Below, in pieces: positions 8,336-16,384 of a stretch of 41,427 nt of DNA. The DNA is taken from positions 1 through 41,427 of the forward strand of contig CAYXQH010000001.1 of the NCBI GenBank assembly GCA_964467425.1, in the 5' to 3' direction. The notes under the pieces are model-generated. The model did not search any database. It worked only from the letters and a program-made list of their open reading frames with translations, and had not been told where the DNA came from. Position 1 is the first letter of the stretch. Every line of letters starts with the position of its first letter. Source of the DNA: an uncultured Saprospiraceae bacterium (GTDB lineage: Bacteria > Bacteroidota > Bacteroidia > Chitinophagales > Saprospiraceae). Made by a program: the position numbers and the translations under genes.

Positions 8336-9196
8336 ATGACTGACATTTCAAAACTTAAGAATATTGCGTCTCAGGTAAGGCGTGATATTGTCCGACAAGT
8401 TCACTATGCGACCTGTGGTCATCCTGGTGGATCTTTGGGCTGTGCTGACTTTTTAACAGCACTTTACTTTGAGGTTATGGACCATGATCCTTCCTTTAAT
8501 ATGGAAGCAAAGAATGAAGATGTATTCTTCCTTTCTAATGGTCATATCTCTCCACTCTTCTATAGTGTATTGGCACATGCTGGTTATTTTGACCCAAAAG
8601 AATTAGCAACGTTTAGAAAACTGAATTCAAGATTACAAGGTCATCCCGCTACGCATGAAGGACTTCCTGGAGTACGAGTGGCTTCCGGATCTTTAGGACA
8701 AGGAATCTCAGTAGCTAATGGTGTTGCAATGGCTAAAAAGATGAATGGCGATGATAAACTTGTTTATGTACTTACAGGTGATGGAGAATTACAAGAAGGG
8801 CAAGTTTGGGAAGCAATGATGTTTGCTGCACATCATCAAGTAGACAATCTTATTGTAACGGTTGACTGGAACGGACAACAAATTGATGGCGCGACAAAAG
8901 ATGTCATGTCTCTTGGAGATTTGCCCGCTAAATGGGAAGCTTTTGGTTGGGATGTTTTATCCATGGATGGAAATATTATGGAAGAAGTAGTTGCTACTTT
9001 ACAAGAGGCGAAAGATCGATCTGGTAAAGGTAAACCAATTGCAATTATGATGAAAACTGAAATGGGAGCCGGTGTTGATTTTATGATGGGATCTCATAAG
9101 TGGCATGGGGTTGCACCTAATGCGGAACAAACAGAAACGGCACTTGCTCAGTTGGAAGAAACCTTAGGGGATTTTCCGTATCCATATAATAATTAA
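8336..9196 (+). CDS. Transketolase, N-terminal (TPP-binding) subunit of a split enzyme
   Basis: 286 aa. Motifs GHPGGSLG, SNGH, GSLGQG and the TPP-binding GDGELQEGQVWEA. Confidence 0.9.
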   Translation: MTDISKLKNIASQVRRDIVRQVHYATCGHPGGSLGCADFLTALYFEVMDHDPSFNMEAKNEDVFFLSNGHISPLFYSVLAHAGYFDPKELATFRKLNSRLQGHPATHEGLPGVRVASGSLGQGISVANGVAMAKKMNGDDKLVYVLTGDGELQEGQVWEAMMFAAHHQVDNLIVTVDWNGQQIDGATKDVMSLGDLPAKWEAFGWDVLSMDGNIMEEVVATLQEAKDRSGKGKPIAIMMKTEMGAGVDFMMGSHKWHGVAPNAEQTETALAQLEETLGDFPYPYNN

Positions 9197-9244
9197 GGAC
9201 TAAGCCTAAGTCAGTCATTTTTCAATATCAAAGAAATATCAACT

Positions 9245-10216
9245 ATGTTAGAAAATATTATTAGTACAGGAAAAAAATCAACCAGAGATGGCTTTGGTGC
9301 TGGTCTTCATGCGATTGGTCAAAAGAATAGCGAAGTCGTTGCATTATGTGCCGATTTGGTAGGCTCACTAAAAATGAAGGCCTTTATCGAAGAGTTTCCA
9401 GATCGTTTTATTCAAGTCGGAATTGCAGAGGCGAATATGATGGGTATTGCAGCTGGGCTTGCAACTGCAGGGAAGATTCCTTTTACCGGGACTTTTGCTA
9501 ACTTTTCAACAGGAAGAGTATATGATCAGATTCGACAATCCATTGCCTATTCGCATAAGAATGTAAAGATTTGTGCCTCTCATGCTGGATTATCCTTGGG
9601 AGAAGATGGGGCAACGCACCAAATTTTGGAAGACATTGGTTTGATGAAAATGCTTCCGGGATTTACTGTTATTAACCCTTGTGATTATAATCAGACAAAA
9701 GCTGCTACCATGGCAATTGCCGAACATGATGGCCCAGTATATTTAAGGTTTGGGCGACCAGGGTGGCCAGTGTTTACACCTGAAAATCAAACTTTCGAAA
9801 TTGGAAAAGCATACCAATTAAGCGAAGGTACGGATGTTAGTATTTTTGCAACAGGTCATTTAGTGTGGAATGTAGTAGAAGCTGCTAAAGCATTAGCTAC
9901 TGAAGGTATCAGTTGTGAGGTTATTAATATTCATACTATTAAACCCCTAGATGAAGAAGCGGTGCTAGAATCGGTAAGAAAAACGGGTTGTGTAGTCACT
10001 GCTGAAGAACATCAAATGAATGGAGGATTAGGCGATTCAATCGCTCAGCTTCTGGCACGAAAGATGCCGACTCCTATTGAATACGTAGCTGTAAATGATA
10101 GCTTCGGAGAAAGTGGAACACCAATGGAATTACTAGACAAATATGGTTTAGGGTCTAAAGATGTTATTGCTGCAGTGAAAACAGTTTTAGAACGGAAGCC
10201 TTTGAAGGTTTCTTAG
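9245..10216 (+). CDS. Transketolase, C-terminal (pyrimidine-binding/C-terminal domain) subunit
   Basis: 323 aa. Motifs GIAEANMMGIAAGLA and GEDGATHQ. It follows the N-terminal subunit gene by 48 nt. Confidence 0.9.
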   Translation: MLENIISTGKKSTRDGFGAGLHAIGQKNSEVVALCADLVGSLKMKAFIEEFPDRFIQVGIAEANMMGIAAGLATAGKIPFTGTFANFSTGRVYDQIRQSIAYSHKNVKICASHAGLSLGEDGATHQILEDIGLMKMLPGFTVINPCDYNQTKAATMAIAEHDGPVYLRFGRPGWPVFTPENQTFEIGKAYQLSEGTDVSIFATGHLVWNVVEAAKALATEGISCEVINIHTIKPLDEEAVLESVRKTGCVVTAEEHQMNGGLGDSIAQLLARKMPTPIEYVAVNDSFGESGTPMELLDKYGLGSKDVIAAVKTVLERKPLKVS

Positions 10217-10250
10217 TTATTATTTTTGTAAATAATCGAAACGAGGAAAT

Positions 10251-11396
10251 ATGAAATTTGGAACAAAAGTTATTCATGCAGGTATAAGACCTGATCCAAG
10301 CACTGGGGCAATTATGACTCCAATTTATCAAACGTCGACCTATGTACAAGATGCACCAGGTGTGCATAAAGGGTATGAATATGCAAGAACCCAAAATCCT
10401 ACACGGAGTGCTTTGGAAGAAAATTTAGCAGCACTCGAAAATGGAAAACATGCCGTCTGTTTTGGAAGTGGTCTAGCTGCTATGGATGCCATTTTAAAAA
10501 CACTTAATCCAGGAGATGAAATTATTTCTACGAGTGATTTATATGGAGGGTCTTACCGATTGATTACAAAAGTTTATGAAAAGTTTGGAATCAAAGGACA
10601 CTTTATGCCGATGGAAGATGTGGCAGCTATAGAAAAGAAAGTGACCAAAAAAACGAAACTGATTTGGATTGAAACACCAACCAATCCAATGTTGAATATT
10701 ATAGATATTGAAGCCATTTGTACAATGGCTAAAAAGAAAAAAGTATTGACTTGTGTGGATAATACTTTTGCATCGCCTTATTTACAAACGCCTTTAGATC
10801 TTGGTGCGGATATAGTTACACATTCTGCAACAAAATATCTGGGAGGACACTCGGATGTTATTCACGGGACCGTGATTACCAGTAATGACGAAGTCGCCGA
10901 ACAATTACGGTTTATTCAAAATGCTGCGGGAGGAGTTCCTGGTCCGCAAGATTGTTTTTTAATATTGCGAGGGATTAAGACCTTACACCTCCGGGTAGAG
11001 CGTTCTTGTAAGAACGCCAAAAAAATTGCTAAATATTTAAAGTCGCATCCGAAAGTAGGAAAGGTATATTATCCTGGTTTTAAAGATCATCCGAATCATG
11101 CTGTTGCTAAAAAACAGATGCGTGATTTTGGAGGAATGGTTTCATTTGATTTAGTTGGAAATGATTTTGATGCTGCACAGGAAGTGTTGAAAGGTACTCA
11201 TCTATTTTCTCTAGCAGAGTCTTTAGGTGGTGTTGAATCACTTATTGGTCACCCGGCAAGTATGACTCACGCGTCTATTCCTAAAGAAGAGCGATTAAAA
11301 GTTGGATTAACGGATTCCCTGATTCGACTAAGTATCGGAATTGAAGATGTAGAGGACTTAATTGAAGATTTAGAAAAAGCTTTACTTAATATCTAA
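10251..11396 (+). CDS. Cys/Met-metabolism PLP-dependent enzyme (cystathionine gamma-synthase / gamma-lyase / beta-lyase family)
   Basis: 381 aa. YARTQNPT and the PLP-lysine motif HSATKYLGGHSD, with a C-terminal LIRLSIGIED. The exact reaction cannot be assigned from sequence alone. A TATTTTTG -7-like box lies at 10221-10228. Confidence 0.85.
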   Translation: MKFGTKVIHAGIRPDPSTGAIMTPIYQTSTYVQDAPGVHKGYEYARTQNPTRSALEENLAALENGKHAVCFGSGLAAMDAILKTLNPGDEIISTSDLYGGSYRLITKVYEKFGIKGHFMPMEDVAAIEKKVTKKTKLIWIETPTNPMLNIIDIEAICTMAKKKKVLTCVDNTFASPYLQTPLDLGADIVTHSATKYLGGHSDVIHGTVITSNDEVAEQLRFIQNAAGGVPGPQDCFLILRGIKTLHLRVERSCKNAKKIAKYLKSHPKVGKVYYPGFKDHPNHAVAKKQMRDFGGMVSFDLVGNDFDAAQEVLKGTHLFSLAESLGGVESLIGHPASMTHASIPKEERLKVGLTDSLIRLSIGIEDVEDLIEDLEKALLNI

Positions 11397-11432
11397 TAAA
11401 ATTATTTCATCCGGATATTGTTTTCGGAAATG

Positions 11433-11473
11433 GAGGTGCTTCTCGCGATTTGCAGAGAAGCACCTCTTTTTTT
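11433..11473 (+). terminator. Rho-independent terminator
   Basis: GAGGTGCTTCTC (11433-11444) pairs perfectly with GAGAAGCACCTC (11455-11466) and is followed by T7. Confidence 0.8.
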
Positions 11474-11610
11474 ATGTCTTTTTTGAAAAATATTTTTACG
11501 CTATTAAAAAATTGATAATCAATGATTTAGAAGGTTGCTGGTGTGAGGTAGTCAAAAAAAAGTTTGAATATTTTTATGGAATTTTTGATCGGTCGGAGTC
11601 TTGTTAGTGA

Positions 11611-12090
11611 ATGTTTGATTGTTTAACTAAAAAAAATGAAATCATGAAACGGAATCAAAACACACTCGACTCTAAGCAAGTAATTTTAAATGGAAAAGCT
11701 TTTTTTCTTGATTTAAAAGAATCAAAAAATGGAAAAAGTTATTTAGTCATTACTCAATCTAAACCTATTGAGGATGAAAAATACGAACGTATTAAAATGA
11801 TCCTTTTCGAAGGCGAAATCGCAAAATTTTGTAATGCGCTAAATAGTATTATTGAAAACTTTCCACCAAAAGCAGATACTTCACCTTCCGAAGAATATAT
11901 CGCAAAGGTGCGACAAACATACCCTATGGCTTTTCAACCCTGGACCAAAGAAAATGAAGAATTATTGATTGCTCTTTTTAATGAAGGAAAAGAAATACCC
12001 GCATTAGCATCTGCACTTCAACGTCGAAATGGAGCAATCACTGCTCGCTTGACTAAATTAGGTTTGATAGAGAAAGCAACGGCAGCATAA
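11611..12090 (+). CDS. PUR-like (DUF3276-type) nucleic-acid-binding domain fused to a Myb/SANT-like HTH segment
   Basis: The N-terminal half, LNGKAFFLDLKESKNGKSYLVITQSKPIEDEKYERIKMILFEGEIAKFCNAL, follows the Bacteroidota PUR-like repeat pattern (..R.YFFD.K....YL.ITESK....K..I.L..ED...F). The C-terminal half, PWTKENEELLIALFNEGKEIPALASALQRRNGAITARLTKLG, looks like a Myb/SANT-type helix-turn-helix. The start may be ATG 11644. Confidence 0.55.
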   Translation: MFDCLTKKNEIMKRNQNTLDSKQVILNGKAFFLDLKESKNGKSYLVITQSKPIEDEKYERIKMILFEGEIAKFCNALNSIIENFPPKADTSPSEEYIAKVRQTYPMAFQPWTKENEELLIALFNEGKEIPALASALQRRNGAITARLTKLGLIEKATAA

Positions 12091-12128
12091 TAAAGAGAGT
12101 TACGTTATGGGTTAAGCTTGAGGAATAG

Positions 12129-12414
12129 CTCTGGATTTTTAAAATTGATGAAATAGCTTACAATGATTTTACAGTATTTCCTGTTTGGCAAAGGTCTTAT
12201 GATTTGATAATAAAAAATTGTCAATTTATTAAGTCCTCACCAATTGAAGAACGATTTTGAATTTATCTCTGATATGTATCGTGCTGCAAACTCCGTTCTT
12301 CAGAATATAGCTGAAGTCTATGGCAGACAAAGCATAAGGATAAAGCCAGGGTTCGCAAATTTTCAAAAGGAAACACCTCCAAGTCAGAAAGGCAATTATT
12401 TACCAGTTAAATAA
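12129..12414 (+). pseudogene. Decayed four-helix-bundle protein gene (23S rRNA-intervening-sequence protein family)
   Basis: Frame A (to the TGA at 12258-12260) reads ...DFTVFPVWQRSYDLIIKNCQFIKSSPIEERF*. Frame B (+1, from 12256) reads FEFISDMYRAANSVLQNIAEVYGRQSIRIK...NYLPVK*. Joined, they mimic the family pattern ..vWQka.dl...iy.l...fP.eE+f.l..Q+RRAa.Si..NIAEGyGR.s. The frames meet in the T4 run at 12255-12258. There is no in-frame ATG and the C-terminus is diverged. Confidence 0.5.
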
Positions 12415-12479
12415 AATCATTAAAAAATAGAATTCAGATAACCTCAATGCTTAATCTTTTCCTTTATAAAAAAAACAAA

Positions 12480-13184
12480 ATGAACAACTATAAAAAGGAA
12501 GCGCTTGGTATAAAAAGCTGGGCGGAAGATGATCGCCCACGAGAGAAATTAATACTCAAAGGGAAAAGTAATTTGTCAGATGCAGAATTGATGGCAATTC
12601 TTATTGGTTCAGGTTCTCGATCGGAATCGGCAGTAAGTTTATCCCAACGGATTTTAAAATCTTTTAATAATAATCTTCATGAATTAGGTAGGAAAGGAAT
12701 TGCCGATTTAACTCCTTTCAAAGGAATAGGGGAGGCAAAAGCAGTTTGCATTGTAGCTGCAATGGAACTCGGGCGTCGCCGGCAATTATCCAACCCAATA
12801 GACCGCCCACAAATCTCTGGCAGTAGTGATGCCTGGAATGTTATTGCTCCAGTGTTAATGGATCTGAATCATGAAGAGTTTTGGATCATTTTATTAAACC
12901 GTGCTAATCGAGTGATTGGAAAAGAACAAATTAGTTCGGGCGGCATTGCAGGGACGGTGGTCGATGGTAAAATCATTTTTCGTAGAGCGCTGGAGAAAGG
13001 GCCGGCCTGTTCCATTATCCTTGTACATAATCATCCTTCAGGAAATATTAAGCCTAGCCAAGCAGATATTGATATTACTAAAAAGCTTAAAAAGGCAGGC
13101 GAAACGCTTGATGTCAATGTCCTCGATCATTTGATTATTGCCGGACAATCGTATTACAGCTTTGCAGATGATGGGGCAATGTAA
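12480..13184 (+). CDS. radC: RadC-family JAB/MPN domain protein (UPF0758)
   Basis: IKSWAEDDRPREKL, LSDAELMAILIGSG and GIGEAKA (an HhH-like N-terminus), plus the JAMM motif ILVHNHPSGNIKPSQADIDITKKL. The ATG at 12480 is preferred over the track start at 12447. Confidence 0.85.
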   Translation: MNNYKKEALGIKSWAEDDRPREKLILKGKSNLSDAELMAILIGSGSRSESAVSLSQRILKSFNNNLHELGRKGIADLTPFKGIGEAKAVCIVAAMELGRRRQLSNPIDRPQISGSSDAWNVIAPVLMDLNHEEFWIILLNRANRVIGKEQISSGGIAGTVVDGKIIFRRALEKGPACSIILVHNHPSGNIKPSQADIDITKKLKKAGETLDVNVLDHLIIAGQSYYSFADDGAM

Positions 13185-13254
13185 TGGGGGGAGGAATGAT
13201 GAACAAGGAATATTGATTAACGAATTGGCCCTATTTGAATATTGAAAAACATAT

Positions 13255-13420
13255 CGCTCCTCCGGAGCTATGGATATTTCGCTCCTTTGGAGCTATGGGT
13301 GTAGTGCTCCTCTGGAGCTTTGAAAAGTAGAAACTCCAGAGGAGTTCTACGTCTATAGAAAATTAATATATGCGGTAATAGCCCCGGAGGGGCGTCACAT
13401 CATTAGCCCCGGAGGGGCGA
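13255..13420. repeat. Cluster of six short REP-like palindromic hairpins
   Basis: GCTCC-TCC-GGAGC (13256-13268), GCTCC-TTT-GGAGC (13281-13293) and GCTCC-TCT-GGAGC (13306-13318) each have similar flanks (cGCTCC...GGAGCtatgg). AACTCC-AGA-GGAGTT is at 13332-13346. GCCCC-GGA-GGGGC occurs twice (13381-13393 and 13406-13418). All lie between radC and the Y1-transposase-like gene. Confidence 0.8.
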
Positions 13421-13433
13421 CACAAATTTAATT

Positions 13434-13895
13434 ATGGCAAATACATACACCCAATTATATATACAAATAGTTTTTGCGGTAAAATATCGCGAAAGCTTGA
13501 TTGATGAATCAATAAGAGAGCAAATTCAAAAATATATCACAGGGATTGTTCAAAAACATGGTCATAAATTGCTGGCAATTTATTGCATGCCGGATCATTG
13601 TCATATTTTTTTAAGTATGACGCCAAAACAATCACTATCAGAATGTGTCCGAACGATTAAGTCAAATTCATCAAAATGGATTAATCAGCAAAGGTTGGTG
13701 AAAAAACGATTTCAATGGCAAGAAGGTTTTGGTGCTTTTTCCTATAGCAAGTCAGCAGTGAGTAATGTTGCGAATTACGTTTTAAATCAAAAAGAGCACC
13801 ACCAGAGAAAAACCTTTCAAAAAGAATATTTGCAACAGCTGAAAAAATACGAAATCAATTATAATGAAAAGTACCTCTTTGATTGGTTTTACTAA
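13434..13895 (+). CDS. REP-associated tyrosine transposase (RAYT) / IS200-like Y1 transposase family protein
   Basis: 153 aa. HUH motif in MPDHCHIFLS and catalytic-Tyr region NYVLNQKEHH. It is single-domain, with no tnpB partner, and the REP-like hairpins lie immediately upstream. Confidence 0.8.
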   Translation: MANTYTQLYIQIVFAVKYRESLIDESIREQIQKYITGIVQKHGHKLLAIYCMPDHCHIFLSMTPKQSLSECVRTIKSNSSKWINQQRLVKKRFQWQEGFGAFSYSKSAVSNVANYVLNQKEHHQRKTFQKEYLQQLKKYEINYNEKYLFDWFY

Positions 13896-13979
13896 TTGCT
13901 TTCCCTAAAAATCACTAAATTGCAGCCTTTAAGAAACTATTCAGAATAGAATTTGTTTTTAGATTATACTTGGTAATTA

Positions 13980-15734
13980 ATGAATAAAAATAAGATCGAT
14001 TTTTTCTTATTGGGAAGAGTGTTGAGGCTGGCAAAGCCTTATAAAAACGTCTTTATAGCTGCGGCTATTTTGACGGTGGTTCTTGCGCCTTTAGCAACAC
14101 TGCGACCCTATTTGATTAAAGTGATGGTTGATGATTATATCTTTCAATTTGATATCTCTGGAATGACCACCATTGCTATGATTATCGTGTGTGTGCTTAT
14201 TGTGGAAGTTATTCTTCGATACTTTTTTATTTATTCAACAAATTGGTTGGGACAATCTGTGATTCGCGATCTGCGGGTAAAAGTTTTTAAACACATTACC
14301 AGTCTGAAACTAACGTATTTTGATACGACCGCAATCGGGACATCCACTACTCGAACCATTAACGATATAGAAACCATCAATACCGTTTTTTCACAAGGAG
14401 CCATCACGATCATTGCAGATATTTTGACCCTTGTAGCTGTGTTTGCGATTATGATGTATACCAATTGGCAATTAACCTTAGTATGTCTTACCGTAATGCC
14501 TTTGTTGATTATTGCAGGTTATATTTTTAAAGAAAAGGTCAAAACAGCATTTCAGATCGTTCGAACTCAAATATCTAAAATGAATGCTTTTTTGCAAGAA
14601 CGAATCACTGGAATGCGGATCGTTCAGGTATTTAATTCTGAGGAACGTGAAATGGCAAAGTTTAAAGCAATCAACAGAGAGTATACTCAAGCAAATCTAA
14701 ATTCTATTTTATACTATGCGATCTTTTTTCCAGTAGTTGATATTATTTCAGCTGCAGCTTTAGGTCTGATGATTTGGTGGGGTGCAGGACATGCGTTGAC
14801 TGGTGATGTTACCCCCGGAATGTTGGTCGCTTTTCCGATTTATTTGAATATGATGTTTCGGCCTATCCGAATGTTAGCGGATCGATTTAATACCCTACAG
14901 ATGGGACTTGTTGCATCCGAACGGGTCTTTACACTTTTGGATAGTAAACAACAGATTAAAAATGAAGGAACAACAAAGGCAAAAGATTTAAATGGAAAAG
15001 TGGAATTCAAGGACGTTACTTTTGCTTATACGCCGGGTACAGATATTTTAAAAAATCTCAGTTTTAAGATTAATAAGGGAGAAACACTTGCGATCGTTGG
15101 GAGTACCGGATCCGGAAAAACAACTATCATCAATATTCTCAACCGCTTTTATGAAATACGAAAAGGAAATATATTAGTCGACGATGTAGATATCAGAGAT
15201 TATGAACTTCAAAGTTACCGAAGCAGAATCGCTATTGTTTTGCAAGATGTGTTTTTGTTCTCAGGGACTGTTATGGAAAATATCACTTTGCGAGACTCGA
15301 GTTTTGATCGAACTAAAGTGATTGAAGCTGCAAAAATGATCGGGGCACATGAATTTATTCAAAAGCTTCCTGGTGGATATGATTACCAAGTAATGGAACG
15401 AGGAGCAACTCTTTCAATGGGGCAGCGACAATTAATTTCCTTTGTTCGTGCATTAGTTTTTGATCCAGATATTCTTATACTTGATGAAGCGACCTCATCA
15501 ATTGATCCGGAATCAGAAGCCGTTATTCAGTATGCTATCGAAAAATTAATTGCAAAACGGACGTCTATTATTATAGCGCATCGACTTTCCACGATTAGAC
15601 ATGCGAATAATATTATGGTTTTAAATAAGGGTGAAATTGCTGAGTTTGGACCGCATGAAGAATTATTAAAGCTTGAAAATGGACATTATAAAGAACTTTA
15701 CGAAATGCAATTTGCTCAGCTAAATGCATCCTAA
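13980..15734 (+). CDS. ABC exporter, fused permease/ATPase (MsbA/multidrug-type)
   Basis: 584 aa. An N-terminal six-TM region is followed by Walker A GSTGSGKTT, signature LSMGQRQ, Walker B ILILDEATS and an H-loop IIAHR. Confidence 0.9.
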   Translation: MNKNKIDFFLLGRVLRLAKPYKNVFIAAAILTVVLAPLATLRPYLIKVMVDDYIFQFDISGMTTIAMIIVCVLIVEVILRYFFIYSTNWLGQSVIRDLRVKVFKHITSLKLTYFDTTAIGTSTTRTINDIETINTVFSQGAITIIADILTLVAVFAIMMYTNWQLTLVCLTVMPLLIIAGYIFKEKVKTAFQIVRTQISKMNAFLQERITGMRIVQVFNSEEREMAKFKAINREYTQANLNSILYYAIFFPVVDIISAAALGLMIWWGAGHALTGDVTPGMLVAFPIYLNMMFRPIRMLADRFNTLQMGLVASERVFTLLDSKQQIKNEGTTKAKDLNGKVEFKDVTFAYTPGTDILKNLSFKINKGETLAIVGSTGSGKTTIINILNRFYEIRKGNILVDDVDIRDYELQSYRSRIAIVLQDVFLFSGTVMENITLRDSSFDRTKVIEAAKMIGAHEFIQKLPGGYDYQVMERGATLSMGQRQLISFVRALVFDPDILILDEATSSIDPESEAVIQYAIEKLIAKRTSIIIAHRLSTIRHANNIMVLNKGEIAEFGPHEELLKLENGHYKELYEMQFAQLNAS

Positions 15735-15898
15735 AATCTATTATTTCAGCTCTTTTATCGGTTAATTTCCTTTTTCAATCCTCCGAATTAGATAACTCAT
15801 CCAAACTACTTCACATTCTATAAACATTTCCGTAATTTTAATCATCTTATATTGGTAAGCCCCTTTAACCAGTATCTTTTTATTTATAAAGAAATCTA

Positions 15899-16369
15899 AT
15901 GACCGTAAGAAGAAAAATAGATGTAAACCCATTTAACTCTATTGCCAGCATATTAATCTTGGTATTAGTGTTTATAGCCTTGTTTTGGTTTGCGACAAAT
16001 GTTTTTAAACTACTGAGTGTAATTGCTCCGTTTTTATTGATTGGCGCCTTGCTTCTTAATCATAACGTTGTTATTAATTATGGTAAATGGCTTTGGAATC
16101 TTTTAAAACAAAAACCGATATATGGAATTGGAGGTATTCTTCTTACCTTTTTTGGTTTTCCTATTATTTCTGGTTTTTTATTGGCAAAAGCTTTTCTTTA
16201 CAGAAAAGTAGATAAGCTAAAGCAAAATATGGAGCAAAGAGAACAAGGAGAATTTACTGAATATGAGGAAGTGGAAGACGAACCAGAAATTAGATTAGAA
16301 TTACCGAAATTTGAAAAACCTAAGAAATCCCAAAATTCTGAATCTGGGTATGATCAATTTTTTGAATAG
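15899..16369 (+). CDS. Membrane protein, hypothetical (acidic C-terminal tail)
   Basis: 156 aa. About 4 hydrophobic helices are followed by EQREQGEFTEYEEVEDEPE. It ends 15 nt before the GT2 gene. Confidence 0.6.
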   Translation: MTVRRKIDVNPFNSIASILILVLVFIALFWFATNVFKLLSVIAPFLLIGALLLNHNVVINYGKWLWNLLKQKPIYGIGGILLTFFGFPIISGFLLAKAFLYRKVDKLKQNMEQREQGEFTEYEEVEDEPEIRLELPKFEKPKKSQNSESGYDQFFE

Positions 16370-16384
16370 TATAATTTCACCTTA

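Noticed and set aside
11511-11523. Palindrome ATTGAT-A-ATCAAT with a loose Fur-box resemblance upstream of the PUR-like gene
   Set aside because: The match to the GATAATGATAATCATTATC consensus is weak. Short AT-rich palindromes are common here, and there is no iron-related gene context.
13255-13420. Could the clustered short repeats be a CRISPR array?
   Set aside because: The units are 13-15-bp palindromes of two different sequences with irregular 10-25-bp gaps. They are not 25-40-bp direct repeats with unique spacers of similar size, and no cas genes are present. They fit REP elements next to a RAYT gene.
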